A DNA stretch of 64,000 bases from Myxococcota bacterium (GTDB lineage Bacteria > Myxococcota_A > UBA796 > GCA-2862545). Position numbers and translations under genes: made by a program. Positions within the stretch are counted from its first letter, which is position 1, and the number at the start of each line of letters is the position of its first letter. Under the pieces are notes generated by a model. The model had not been told where the DNA came from and ran no database searches. It worked only from the letters and a program-made list of their open reading frames with translations. Of this stretch, positions 1 through 8,655 are shown one piece after another. The DNA is taken from NCBI GenBank assembly GCA_965224055.1, contig OZ245034.1:8182762-8246761 (forward strand), given 5' to 3'.

Positions 1-107
1 CCCGCAGTCCCATTCGAACCTCCTGGCCGCTGCCCATGCAGGGCCGGTGCCAGGGCTCCGCATCGCGATTCGCGAGCTTCGACCGTTCGATGGGCGGCCA
101 GTGGGCG

Positions 108-956
108 TCAGCTGTCGTCGGATCCGGCGACGGTCGTCGGCGAGCCCGTGACGTCGGGTGGGCTGCGATCGCCGAGCAGGCCGTGGGCGTGCAGCAGGCT
201 CAGCTCGACGAAGTGGAACAGCAGGCTGTTGCGGCTACCTCCGCCGGGCTCCGGGACCGCGCTCCCGTGCAGGACGTGATTGGTCCAGAACAGGACGTCC
301 CCCGTGCGCAGCTCGGGCGCGATGCACGTCAGTCCGTGGTCCTGCGCGATCTCCCCGAGCAGTGCCTGGGCTTCGGCCTCGGCGGTCTCGGGGTCGAGAT
401 CGACGAACGCTTTTCGGTAGTTCACCCAGGCGAGCCCGGTGAACCGCTTCATCCGGTCGTCCATCGGCAGGGTGTGGCTGCGCGGGAACAGGTGGAACCG
501 GCCCGCTGTGCTCGCGATGTTCTCGAGGGCGACCCACACCCCGAGCATGGGTCGCTCACGATCCACGGGGTTGAAGTCCAGGTGGGTGTGCGTGCCGCGA
601 CTGGACTCGTAGTACGCGCTCTGGAGCATGCCGGGCGGCGCTCCGAGCAGCTCTCCCACGACCGGAACGAGCGGACAGGCCCGCATGACGGTCTCCTCGA
701 TGCGACAGAACCGCGGGAACTGCGGCCGCATGCGCGGATTCACGACGGGGTTCGTGACGAAGCCGTCTGCCGAGAAGTGGTGGGGTTCGTCGATGCTGGT
801 CAGCTGACGAAGCAGCGGCCCGGTCCAGGGCTTGACCTCGGTGAGGAACGCCTGGCGGACCTCGGCGCACGTGCGTCGGGGGACGAGTCCGCGCACCAGG
901 GTCCAGCCCTCGCGCTCGAAGCGTCGCCGGGCCTTCTTCTTGAGGGGCGCCCTCAC
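108..956 (-). CDS. Phytanoyl-CoA dioxygenase (PhyH)-family Fe(II)/2-oxoglutarate oxygenase
   Basis: 282-aa ORF with high GC3. HTHLDF (HxD) facial-triad motif and a distal HGS motif typical of PhyH-like dioxygenases. Overlaps the upstream anti-sigma gene stop by 4 nt. Confidence 0.65.
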   Translation of the reverse strand: MRAPLKKKARRRFEREGWTLVRGLVPRRTCAEVRQAFLTEVKPWTGPLLRQLTSIDEPHHFSADGFVTNPVVNPRMRPQFPRFCRIEETVMRACPLVPVVGELLGAPPGMLQSAYYESSRGTHTHLDFNPVDRERPMLGVWVALENIASTAGRFHLFPRSHTLPMDDRMKRFTGLAWVNYRKAFVDLDPETAEAEAQALLGEIAQDHGLTCIAPELRTGDVLFWTNHVLHGSAVPEPGGGSRNSLLFHFVELSLLHAHGLLGDRSPPDVTGSPTTVAGSDDS

Positions 957-2182
957 AGCGCCTCCTCGACCTCCTGGTAGGCGTCCATCTCGCTCGCGCG
1001 GTTCTTGCGGGTGGCGTTCGGGGTGGTGCCCTCGCCCTCGGCGGCTCCAGAAGCCAGCTCGACCCGAACCCGGACCTCGACGGGGTCTCCGGCGAACATC
1101 GTGTTGTCGTTGGTGGCCGTGACCAGCCCCAGCGCGGCGATCTCGCGGCCGAAGTCCTGCAGGGCGTGGGACGGGATCTTGACCAGCACGGTGGCGCCCT
1201 TCGAGCCCGTGAGCTCGGTGACCTCGAGGCTCTGGGCCTTGGTGTCGGTGACCTCACCCCGGTGCTTCGCAGCGATGGCGGCCAGGCGGTAGAGCACCTC
1301 GGGGTCGTCGGTGGTGAGCTGGTAGCTGTAGGGGACCCGGGTGAAGCGGGTGCCCTCGGGCTCGGTGTCTTCGCCGTCCGCACCGGTCTTCGACGCGGCA
1401 TCCAGCGGTTCTTTCGGTGCGGTCTCGGGAACGAGCTTCTTGGAGGGGTCTGCCCAGCCATCCACGGACTCGCCGGACCCGGCGCCCTTGCTGCCCTTGC
1501 TGACCTTGTCGGAGACGCCTCCGATCGTGTTCAGGTCGCCGACCATCGCCTTGTCGTCGTCGACCTCGCCAGCATCGTAGGCGTAGCCGGCTTCCTTCTT
1601 GTTCAGACCGACTTTTGCGGGCTTGGCCTGCTTCAGGCCCGTGTCGACGGCGGCTTCGGCGCCTTCGCCCGCGTCGGACCCTGCGCTCTCGGCGTCGATG
1701 GCGGCATCGGTGACAGCATCGTTGTCGAGGCTGTCGGCGCTCTTGGACGGGAGCGAGGAGCCCATGCCCTGGGCCTGCTTGCCGCGATCGGCCTGCTGGG
1801 CGCCGGTGTCGGGAGTGGACCCGCCGGGAAGCGCGATCCACACCACCAACAGCGCTGCTGCGGCGACCGCGATCCCCTCGATGGGCACCCCGAGGGTCTG
1901 GCGAGACGCCCGACGCATGCGCTGGAACCATCCCAGATCGACGACCTCGGGTTCCTCGTCGACAGCGGCCAGCACGTCTTCCAGAAAGCCTGCTGGCGCG
2001 GAGACGGCCCCGTGCTCGGCCAGGAACGCCCGGGCATCGGCCAGGGCATCGAGCTCGGCACGCAGGGAGGCATCGCCCTGCAGGCTGGATTCGACGGCGC
2101 GACGCTCCTCGGAGGTCAGCTCTCCGTCCAGGTAGGCGGACAGCTGCTCGGTGGCGTCGATGTTGGCGAACGGTTCGGACAT
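953..2182 (-). CDS. Anti-sigma factor (membrane-spanning, zinc-finger type N-terminus, DUF4349-like periplasmic domain)
   Basis: N-terminal LSAYLDGEL motif typical of RsrA/ChrR-like anti-sigma domains, one hydrophobic TM segment (IAVAAAALLVVWIAL) and an acidic low-complexity periplasmic region. Lies 6 nt downstream of the ECF sigma gene. Confidence 0.7.
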   Translation of the reverse strand: MSEPFANIDATEQLSAYLDGELTSEERRAVESSLQGDASLRAELDALADARAFLAEHGAVSAPAGFLEDVLAAVDEEPEVVDLGWFQRMRRASRQTLGVPIEGIAVAAAALLVVWIALPGGSTPDTGAQQADRGKQAQGMGSSLPSKSADSLDNDAVTDAAIDAESAGSDAGEGAEAAVDTGLKQAKPAKVGLNKKEAGYAYDAGEVDDDKAMVGDLNTIGGVSDKVSKGSKGAGSGESVDGWADPSKKLVPETAPKEPLDAASKTGADGEDTEPEGTRFTRVPYSYQLTTDDPEVLYRLAAIAAKHRGEVTDTKAQSLEVTELTGSKGATVLVKIPSHALQDFGREIAALGLVTATNDNTMFAGDPVEVRVRVELASGAAEGEGTTPNATRKNRASEMDAYQEVEEAL

Positions 2183-2188
2183 TGTGGT

Positions 2189-2806
2189 CTAGATCACATC
2201 TCGCTTGTCGATTCTGCGCTGGAGGACCCGGGCGAGCTGAGCGCGCGCCCTGTGGAGCCGACTCTTGACGGTGCCTCGGTTGAGGCCGAGGATCTCGGCG
2301 ATCTCTTCATATCCGAGGTCTTCCACGTCCCGCATCACGATGATGGTGCGTTGGTCCTCGTCGAGCTGGTCGAGGGCCTCGCGTACGAGGTTCTCGGCTT
2401 CGCTGCGGTGGGCGCTCGCATCGGTTCCCGGACCATCGTGGGCGATCTGCCTCACGGGTTGGTCCTCGTCGGTGCGTTTGCCCTCGAGGGGTTCGTGGAA
2501 GTTCACGTGCCGGCGTTTTCGGTACAGCTTCTTGTTCTTGCAGTGGTTGATCACGACCCGGTAGATCCACGTGGACAGCTGAGCGTCTCCGCGGAACTTC
2601 GGCAGCGAGCGATACAGCGCGAGGAACACGTCCTGCGCGACCTCTCGGGCCACCTGGTCGTGACGCATCCACCGCAGGCACAGGCTGTACACCCGGTCCT
2701 GGTAGCGTCTGACGATCTCGGTGTATGCGGTGCGATCTCCCTCCTTGAAGCGGCTCACCAGCTCGGCATCGCTGGGATGGTGGACCATGGCGAGCATCAG
2801 GAACAT
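2189..2806 (-). CDS. ECF (sigma-70 family) RNA polymerase sigma factor
   Basis: Region 2 (YRSLPKFRGDAQLSTWIYRVVINHC) and region 4 (GYEEIAEILGLNRGTVKSRLHRAR) signatures. Forms an operon with the anti-sigma gene. The true start may be a few codons downstream (MVHH...). Confidence 0.85.
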   Translation of the reverse strand: MFLMLAMVHHPSDAELVSRFKEGDRTAYTEIVRRYQDRVYSLCLRWMRHDQVAREVAQDVFLALYRSLPKFRGDAQLSTWIYRVVINHCKNKKLYRKRRHVNFHEPLEGKRTDEDQPVRQIAHDGPGTDASAHRSEAENLVREALDQLDEDQRTIIVMRDVEDLGYEEIAEILGLNRGTVKSRLHRARAQLARVLQRRIDKRDVI

Positions 2807-2900
2807 CTCGGGTGTCTCGCATCCTTCGACAACAGGGGGTGGGGTCGGGTTCCCAGAATATGCGACGCGCGTCGAAAATCCGAACCGCGGCTTCGTGGGA

Positions 2901-3311
2901 TCAGTCGTCGGTCGGACGACGTTCCATGCGAATACGCTTGCCGGTCTTCACGGCCTGCTGGAGCGTAGCGAGGCTGACCCGGCTCAGGGGGAAGATCGCC
3001 TTGCGGATCTTGGCGCCCTTGAAGGTGCACCCATCCAGGATCGTGAAGTCGAAGTCGGCTTCCTCGAGGTTGGCACCGTCGAACACGGCATCGGTGCAGT
3101 CGGAGTGCCACATGGACGCCGCCTGGAGGTTGGCACCACGAAACGTGGCCCGCGTGAGGTTGCACTCTGCGAGCTTGCACTCTGCGAGGTCGGCCCCGTC
3201 GAAGTTGACGCCCGAGAGGTCGTTGCCCCGCAGGTCGAGGCCTGCGAGGGACTCACCTCGCGCGATCAGGTCGACGACCTGTTTCTTCGTCAGGGGGCGT
3301 GGGGAGCCCAT
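2901..3311 (-). CDS. Pentapeptide-repeat protein
   Basis: Repeated A(D/N)LxG/x pentads (LRGNDLSGVNFDGADLAECKLAECNLTRATFRGANLQ...). I chose the internal ATG at 3311 because the longer ORF start overlaps gshB extensively. Confidence 0.65.
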   Translation of the reverse strand: MGSPRPLTKKQVVDLIARGESLAGLDLRGNDLSGVNFDGADLAECKLAECNLTRATFRGANLQAASMWHSDCTDAVFDGANLEEADFDFTILDGCTFKGAKIRKAIFPLSRVSLATLQQAVKTGKRIRMERRPTDD

Positions 3312-4257
3312 CCTCGATCCTCTCCGCGCGTGTGAGCAGCCGTACGACACGATCTGCCAACCGGGTTCCGTGTAATGCATCCGCATGCACCGTGCCGCCC
3401 GGATTGACGGCGTTCACCTCGACCAGCCGCCCAGCGAGGACGTCCAGTCCGGCGAACCGTACCCCGATTTCCTGCAGGAGGGGAGCCAGTCTCGACACGA
3501 TGCGTTCATCCCGTGAATCCGGGGGTAGCGGACCCGGGGTGGCCCCGCGTTTGAGGTTGTGGCGAAACTCGCCCTGGGCGTTGTGGCGGACGTAGCCCCC
3601 GAGCAGATGGCCGTCGCACACCACCAGTCGTCGCTCGCCCACGGGGTCGTGCAGGCGGGGCTGCAGGACCACCAGCCCACCGGCTCGCCGCGCGCGGGTG
3701 AAGGCGTCGTCGAGCCCCTGGATGTCGCCCTTCTGGACGGCGCACACCCCGACACCCCCGCTACCACGGTCTGGTTTGACGACCACCGCGCCGTGGTCCT
3801 GGTGGAACAGGTGTGCCGAGCCCCGGCTGCGCGTGACGAGTGTCTCTGGAGTGGGCAGGTCGTGGGATGCGAGCCAGGCCTTCGACAGGACCCGGGCCAG
3901 GCCCGCAGGACGGTTGACGACCTCGACGCCGGCGTCTTCGATCCGCAGTGCCAGTGCGAGCAGCGTGGGGTCGAGCGGGGCGCACCGGAGCATCAGCAGA
4001 TCGAGTCGGGCCATGTCGATCAGGCTGCGGCGGGCCGTGCGGTGCTGCAGGGTCTGGCTGATGGTCGCCGGGCTGCTCTGGGGGTCGGGGGGGAAGCGGA
4101 AGGCGCGACCGGTCACGCGGTGGACGTCGACGCCGAGGTCGCGCACTTCGACCACCCACACCAGGTGGCCCTGGCGGGAGGCTGCGGCGATGAGGGCCGC
4201 GGTCGTCCAGGTCGGGGTGACGGACGCTGCGGCGCGGATGACGACCCCGATGTTCAT
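3253..4257 (-). CDS. gshB: Glutathione synthetase (ATP-grasp)
   Basis: Strong similarity to GshB as I recall it: N-terminal MNIGVV start, TPETLVTR matching E. coli exactly, KPDRGSGGVG (cf. KPLDGMGGAS) and RRLVVCDGHLL / GLDVLAGRLVEVNAVNP ATP-grasp C-terminal motifs. Start taken at the internal ATG (M26 of the track ORF). Confidence 0.85.
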   Translation of the reverse strand: MNIGVVIRAAASVTPTWTTAALIAAASRQGHLVWVVEVRDLGVDVHRVTGRAFRFPPDPQSSPATISQTLQHRTARRSLIDMARLDLLMLRCAPLDPTLLALALRIEDAGVEVVNRPAGLARVLSKAWLASHDLPTPETLVTRSRGSAHLFHQDHGAVVVKPDRGSGGVGVCAVQKGDIQGLDDAFTRARRAGGLVVLQPRLHDPVGERRLVVCDGHLLGGYVRHNAQGEFRHNLKRGATPGPLPPDSRDERIVSRLAPLLQEIGVRFAGLDVLAGRLVEVNAVNPGGTVHADALHGTRLADRVVRLLTRAERIEDGLPTPPDEETGRRPDRAR

Positions 4258-4349
4258 GAGGTGTGCGTACCCGTGTGCGAGTGCTGGGGCCATGATCCCG
4301 GCGGGGATGCGGTAGGCTGCGGCCGCCGACAACGACTGGCGGAGGCGAG

Positions 4350-5345
4350 ATGCGGTGCACGGTTCTGGGAGCGGGTTCGTGGGGGACGGCGCTGGCCGTG
4401 CAGCTCGCGAGGCAGGGGCACGAGACGTGGTTGTGGGACCGCAATCCAGACCGCTGCGCGGTGATCAACGACGAACATCGCAATCCCCGCTACCTGAAGA
4501 CGATCGAGCTTCCCGAGAACCTGTCGGCCCACTCCGACCTGCACGAGGCCGCCGCCCGAGCCGAGCTGTTGGTGCCCGTGCTTCCGAGCCACGCGCTGCG
4601 CGAGGTGATGGCCCGCGCGGTCGATCAGGTGCCCGAGGACGCCCACATCGCCTGCGCGACGAAGGGGATCGAAGACGGCACGCTCAAGACGATGCACGAG
4701 GTGATGGTCGAGCTGACGGGACGGCCGGAGCGCATCTCGATGCTGTACGGACCGTCGTTCGCGCTCGAGGTCGCGAAGGGCCTGCCGACCGCGGTGGTCG
4801 CCGCGGGGCCGGACGCCACGGCACGGGTGGCTGCCGATGCGTTCCACGGGCCCCAGTTTCGCTGCTACCACACCGAAGACACCGTGGGCGCGTGCATCGG
4901 CGGCTCGCTGAAGAACGTGATGGCGATTGCGTGTGGTGTGTCCGACGGCGTGGGGCTCGGCAGTAATGCGCGCGCGGGCATCATCACCCGCGGTCTGGCC
5001 GAGATCTCGCGGCTGGCAGTGGCCAAGGGCGCGAATCCGCTCACGCTCGCCGGACTGGCGGGAATGGGCGACCTGGTCCTGACCTGTACCGGCAACCTGT
5101 CCCGAAACCGTCGGGTGGGTCTGGCGCTCGGGGAGGGTCGCACGCTCGACGACATCCTCGAAGAACTGGGCGAGGTGGCCGAGGGCGTCATCACTGCGAA
5201 GACCGCCCGCGCGTTGGCCAAGCAGCTCGACGTGGAGATGCCCATCACCGAGCAGATCTACGACCTGCTGTACGAAGGCAAGCCCGCCAAGCAGGCGCTG
5301 GTGGAGCTGATGGGTCGCGAGCGGCGGGCCGAGCGCGACCGCTGA
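4350..5345 (+). CDS. gpsA: NAD(P)H-dependent glycerol-3-phosphate dehydrogenase
   Basis: N-terminal Rossmann motif [12 protein letters not shown] and conserved GpsA core ([46 protein letters not shown]). Confidence 0.95.
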   Translation: [331 protein letters not shown]

Positions 5346-5364
5346 GCGCCCGACAGCAGACGGA

Positions 5365-5928
5365 TCAGGCGGAGGGGTCGATGATGCCGCAAGCGATCCG
5401 CTCCGAGGTGTCGGCGCGGCTCACGACCAGTGCGCGGTCGTCCATCGCAGCCACGCCGTACGGGATGCGCTCGTCGATCGTGAGTGTGCCGTCGGGGTCG
5501 GGCTGAATGTAGCGGGGTTCGGCCATCTCGGCGCGCGTCACGCCTTCGGTGGTCCGACGAGGAGCGGGCTCCATCATCAGCCAGGCCCGAGGTCCGGCTG
5601 CGCCGAAGCCGTCTTCGCCACAGCGTGCGGCTTCGTGGATGCCGACCTGGTATTCCTCACGGGGGTCGAGGTTGTGCAGCGCGACGTGGGCGACCAGCTG
5701 GCCGTCCTGCTCGGGCATGAACGTGACCGTCCCGTGATCGAGGCCGTCCTGACCGGTGATCTCGGCTTCGAGAGCCGTGGGGACGTCGCCCCAGGCGGGC
5801 AGGATCGCGGGCTCTTCTGTGATGCCGGCGAAGTCAGGCGTCTCGTCCATCCCGACGGTCGCGGGGCTCCAGTTGCAGGCCGTGACGAGGGCGGTGGCAG
5901 TGAGTAGCGTGTACTTCAGGTTTTCCAT
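5365..5928 (-). CDS. Cu/Zn-superoxide-dismutase-like lipoprotein with degenerate metal site
   Basis: Lipoprotein signal (LVTAC). SodC-like core QVGIHEAARCG and C-terminal RIACGIIDP (cf. RYACGVIK), but most of the Cu/Zn-ligand histidines are absent. RBS AGGAGG lies 5 nt upstream of the ATG. Confidence 0.7.
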   Translation of the reverse strand: MENLKYTLLTATALVTACNWSPATVGMDETPDFAGITEEPAILPAWGDVPTALEAEITGQDGLDHGTVTFMPEQDGQLVAHVALHNLDPREEYQVGIHEAARCGEDGFGAAGPRAWLMMEPAPRRTTEGVTRAEMAEPRYIQPDPDGTLTIDERIPYGVAAMDDRALVVSRADTSERIACGIIDPSA

Positions 5929-5935
5929 ACGTCCT

Positions 5936-5977
5936 CCTTGTCTTGTATCTTAGCAAGTATGCAAAGATAAGTCAAGG
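5936..5977. promoter_or_regulatory. AT-rich palindromic operator-like site upstream of the SodC-like gene
   Basis: CTTGTATCTT-N12-AAGATAAGTCAAGG: a 6-12-6 perfect inverted repeat TATCTT / AAGATA with flanking CTTG / CAAG. It sits in a roughly 45-nt AT-rich island in a 70% GC genome, immediately 5' of the 5928 start codon. Confidence 0.35.
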
Positions 5978-6015
5978 AGAGAGGGCGCGCGCTCACCGGT
6001 GCCCACGGACCGATC

Positions 6016-6301
6016 CCGTCCTCTACCGCAGGGAGCTCGGCGGGAACGACCGTCGTTGCGGCACCCGCCCCGAACGGCCTTCCGCAGGAAATCGAGCCGA
6101 CCCCGTCCTCTGCTGCAGGGCGCAGCGTTGCCGTTCCTGAGCCGCAGTTTCCCGGCTCGCTCCGCTGAGCTGTTGCCTGCTTGGGTCGGCCGCGTGTTTC
6201 ATCCCCTGGAGCAGGGCTTCGAGCGGCGAGTACACTCGATCCGAACAGCCTTCCGCAGGAAATCGAGCCGATCCGTCCTCTACTGCAGGGCGCAGCGTTG
6301 C
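6016..6301. repeat. Degenerate direct repeats: two ~61-nt copies at about 6070-6131 and 6241-6301, plus a third partial core copy at 6016-6033
   Basis: CCGAAC(G/A)GCCTTCCGCAGGAAATCGAGCCGA(CC/T)CCGTCCTCT(G/A)CTGCAGGGCGCAGCGTTGC occurs twice 171 nt apart. The core CCGTCCTCTNCNGCAGGG occurs three times. No coding potential in any frame. Confidence 0.55.
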
Positions 6302-6314
6302 GTTCAGGCTGCGT

Positions 6315-6405
6315 GTTTCATTCGTCGCTGGGCGCGTCGACCGAAACCGAGGTGTACTTCTGTACCCGAGTGTTGAAGGGCGACGTGTCCAGCGGCGAAT
6401 GAAAC
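6315..6405. other. Long stem-loop: 17-bp inverted repeat GTTTCATTCGTCGCTGG / CCAGCGGCGAATGAAAC closing a ~57-nt partly self-complementary loop; candidate structured RNA or terminator
   Basis: Near-perfect 17-bp arms; the single non-Watson-Crick position is a U-G wobble if the plus strand is transcribed. The loop contains further pairing (GCGUCGAC / GGCGACGU, GUAC-uucu-GUAC). Lies 20 nt downstream of the ferredoxin stop. A third copy of the GTGTTTCAT arm sits at about 6194. Confidence 0.4.
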
Positions 6406-6425
6406 CGCGGATGAACGCGAGCGAG

Positions 6426-6683
6426 CTAGCCGTCGTCGCCGATGGCCTCGACCGGGCAGTTCTCCATCGCCTCGTAGCAGGCCGCGAGCTCCTGGGCATC
6501 GGAGGGCTGCTTGAAGCAGATGTCGTGGTCTTCGTCGTCGGACATGCGGAAGTTGTTCGGCGCACAGTCCGAGCAGACCGAGCACAGGATGCACTCGCGG
6601 TCGACGTAGAACACCACCCGCTTGCCATCGATGTTCGCTTCGCCGCCGACGTTGTCGTGCCACTGGTCGGTGGGGTCCGCCAT
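6426..6683 (-). CDS. 4Fe-4S ferredoxin (small, Cys-rich)
   Basis: 85 aa with a CILCSVCSDC cluster and a distal C...CP motif. Its own RBS GGAGGA lies upstream. Probably co-transcribed with selB. Confidence 0.85.
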   Translation of the reverse strand: MADPTDQWHDNVGGEANIDGKRVVFYVDRECILCSVCSDCAPNNFRMSDDEDHDICFKQPSDAQELAACYEAMENCPVEAIGDDG

Positions 6684-6755
6684 GCTTCCTCCGGAGTGGC
6701 CGCTCCTAACGGGTCGGGGATCCAGATGCTCGGCCCACCCTCGCGGTGCAGCCCC

Positions 6756-8648
6756 TCAGAGCTGGGAGCCTCGCGTGCGCCGGCCTTCGGCTCCGAAGGC
6801 GGTGTAGCGGCCCTTGTCGAGCCACTCGAGCCAGGGGATGGCCGTCTTGCGCGACAGCTCGGTGAGCGACTTGAAGTCGCCGGGGCTCAAGACCTCGTTG
6901 GACGCGAACCAGCCCTGGAGCCGCTGGAGAAGAGCGTCGCGTGCGGGTGTGGCGACCCACCCCACGCTGGCCACCTGCAGGACCTCCCCATCGTCTTCGA
7001 GGAGCTTGGTGAGGGCCGCGACCTCGGGCTCGGGATGGGTGGCGTGCAGGGACTTCGGCGACACCCCGGCCAGACCCGCCGTCACGATGGTCTGGAGCAC
7101 GTCGTCGCGGAGCGCCCGCTGCTCGGCGTCGAGCTCGACCGCGAAGCCCGCCGCACGCACCATCGGACCGTCGATCTGCACCCGGGTCGCGTCCACCAAC
7201 GAATCGACCAGGGTGTCGAACAACCGGTCCGGGAGGTGTCCCAATCGACCGCGCTTCAGCTCGCGTCGCTGGGCGCCGAGCGCCAGGGGATGCTCTTCGT
7301 GGAACGCCAGCAGGGCTTCCAGCAGGGCTCCCTGGAGCCGACCGACCACGCTGCGTGCGAGCACCCGGTCGCCGATGGTGGTCGCTCCGCGCGGCTCGTC
7401 CGCGGCCGGACCCTGTACTCCCCCTCTTCGGACGGTCCACTCCGAGGTCGACAGCCCGAGATCGCCCGCCCGCTCGAGCCAGACGACAGGATCGCCGTCG
7501 GCCAGGCGCTGGGTTCCTTCGCCGTGTGCAACCCGGTCCCGGCGACGCATCTTCGGTGCCCAGGGATCCACGACCCGACCCCCGCCGAGGGTCTCCATCG
7601 GACTGGTTCGCCGGACCACGAAGCGATCGCCCGGCATGCAGGGCAGCGCCTGATCGAGTCGCAGCTGGGCCATCACCGTGACCCCGGGCGGGACCTGATC
7701 GCGGTCGGCGGCGATGTGCAGACGACCGATGCACTCGGTGGTGCCGAGCAGCACGCGAACGCTGGTCCGGTCGTCGAGGGCGCCCATCGAGGCGAGCTGG
7801 GTGTAGGTGACGTCGAGGACGTGGGGGCACGGCACCGCGTCGCTGTCGGTGACCACGACCCCCCGCGAGACGGCGTCGGTGTCGATTCCGGCCAGGTTGA
7901 GCGCGATGCGTCGGCCCGCCCGCGCGACCTCGGACGGCTCGCCGTGCACCTCGATCCCCCGCACCCGGGCCGTGGTGTCGCCCGGCAGCAGGTGGACGGT
8001 GGCGCCGTCGGTCAGTGTTCCGCTCCACGCCGAGCCCGTCGCCACGGTTCCGAAGCCGCTCCGACTGAAGGTCCGGTCGACCGGCAACCGAAACGGCCCG
8101 TGTTCCTGGGGTGCATTGCGGGGCAGTGCTGCAATCGCGTCGAGCAGGGCGTCCTTTCCGCGGCCGTCCTCCGCGCTGGTGGCGATGGTGGGCGCGCCCT
8201 CCAGGAAGGTGCCGGCCACCGCATCCTCGACGTCGACGAACGCGAGCTCCAGCAGCTCCTCGTCGACCAGATCGGCCATCGTGACCGCGACGATCCCGCG
8301 CTGCAGGCCCAGAAGCTGGAGGATGGCGAGGTGCTCGCGGGTCTGGGGCATCACGCCGTCGACCGCCGAGACCACCAGCAGTGCGGCGTCCAGGCCCGTG
8401 GCCCCGGCGATCATCGTGCGGACCAGGCGCTCGTGGCCGGGCACGTCGATCAGCGCCACCCGACGGCCATCGGGCAGATCGAGGGGGGTGAAGCCGAGCG
8501 CGATGGTGATCCCGCGCTCCTGCTCCTCCGGAAGCGTGTCCAGATGCTGACCCGTGAGCAGGCGGACCAGGCTGGTCTTGCCGTGGTCGATGTGGCCCGC
8601 GGTGCCGAGCAGGAGCGGGCGGTCATCGGGGCGGTCGTCGGACGCCAT
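6756..8648 (-). CDS. selB: Selenocysteine-specific translation elongation factor SelB
   Basis: GTP-binding motifs AGHIDHGKTSL, DVPGH and AVTMAD; SelB-specific stretch QTREHLAILQLLG. The ~630 aa length and winged-helix C-terminal region are consistent with bacterial SelB (compared with E. coli SelB from memory). Confidence 0.9.
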   Translation of the reverse strand: MASDDRPDDRPLLLGTAGHIDHGKTSLVRLLTGQHLDTLPEEQERGITIALGFTPLDLPDGRRVALIDVPGHERLVRTMIAGATGLDAALLVVSAVDGVMPQTREHLAILQLLGLQRGIVAVTMADLVDEELLELAFVDVEDAVAGTFLEGAPTIATSAEDGRGKDALLDAIAALPRNAPQEHGPFRLPVDRTFSRSGFGTVATGSAWSGTLTDGATVHLLPGDTTARVRGIEVHGEPSEVARAGRRIALNLAGIDTDAVSRGVVVTDSDAVPCPHVLDVTYTQLASMGALDDRTSVRVLLGTTECIGRLHIAADRDQVPPGVTVMAQLRLDQALPCMPGDRFVVRRTSPMETLGGGRVVDPWAPKMRRRDRVAHGEGTQRLADGDPVVWLERAGDLGLSTSEWTVRRGGVQGPAADEPRGATTIGDRVLARSVVGRLQGALLEALLAFHEEHPLALGAQRRELKRGRLGHLPDRLFDTLVDSLVDATRVQIDGPMVRAAGFAVELDAEQRALRDDVLQTIVTAGLAGVSPKSLHATHPEPEVAALTKLLEDDGEVLQVASVGWVATPARDALLQRLQGWFASNEVLSPGDFKSLTELSRKTAIPWLEWLDKGRYTAFGAEGRRTRGSQL

Positions 8649-8655
8649 GCGGCCT

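Noticed and set aside
1-30. GGTTCGAAT-like sequence on the minus strand at the very start of the window, resembling a tRNA T-loop
   Set aside because: Flanking bases do not form a T-stem (GGAGG versus GGGAC) or an acceptor stem. Only 30 nt are visible, and the region lies inside a spurious plus-strand ORF next to the PhyH-like gene. Not supportable as a tRNA.
6023-6628. 201-aa minus-strand ORF that would encode the GSARFPAEG repeats of the intergenic repeat region
   Set aside because: Poor codon usage (many A/T-ending codons), low-complexity Ser/Thr/Arg composition, and overlap with the ferredoxin gene in another frame. The repeats are better explained as non-coding.
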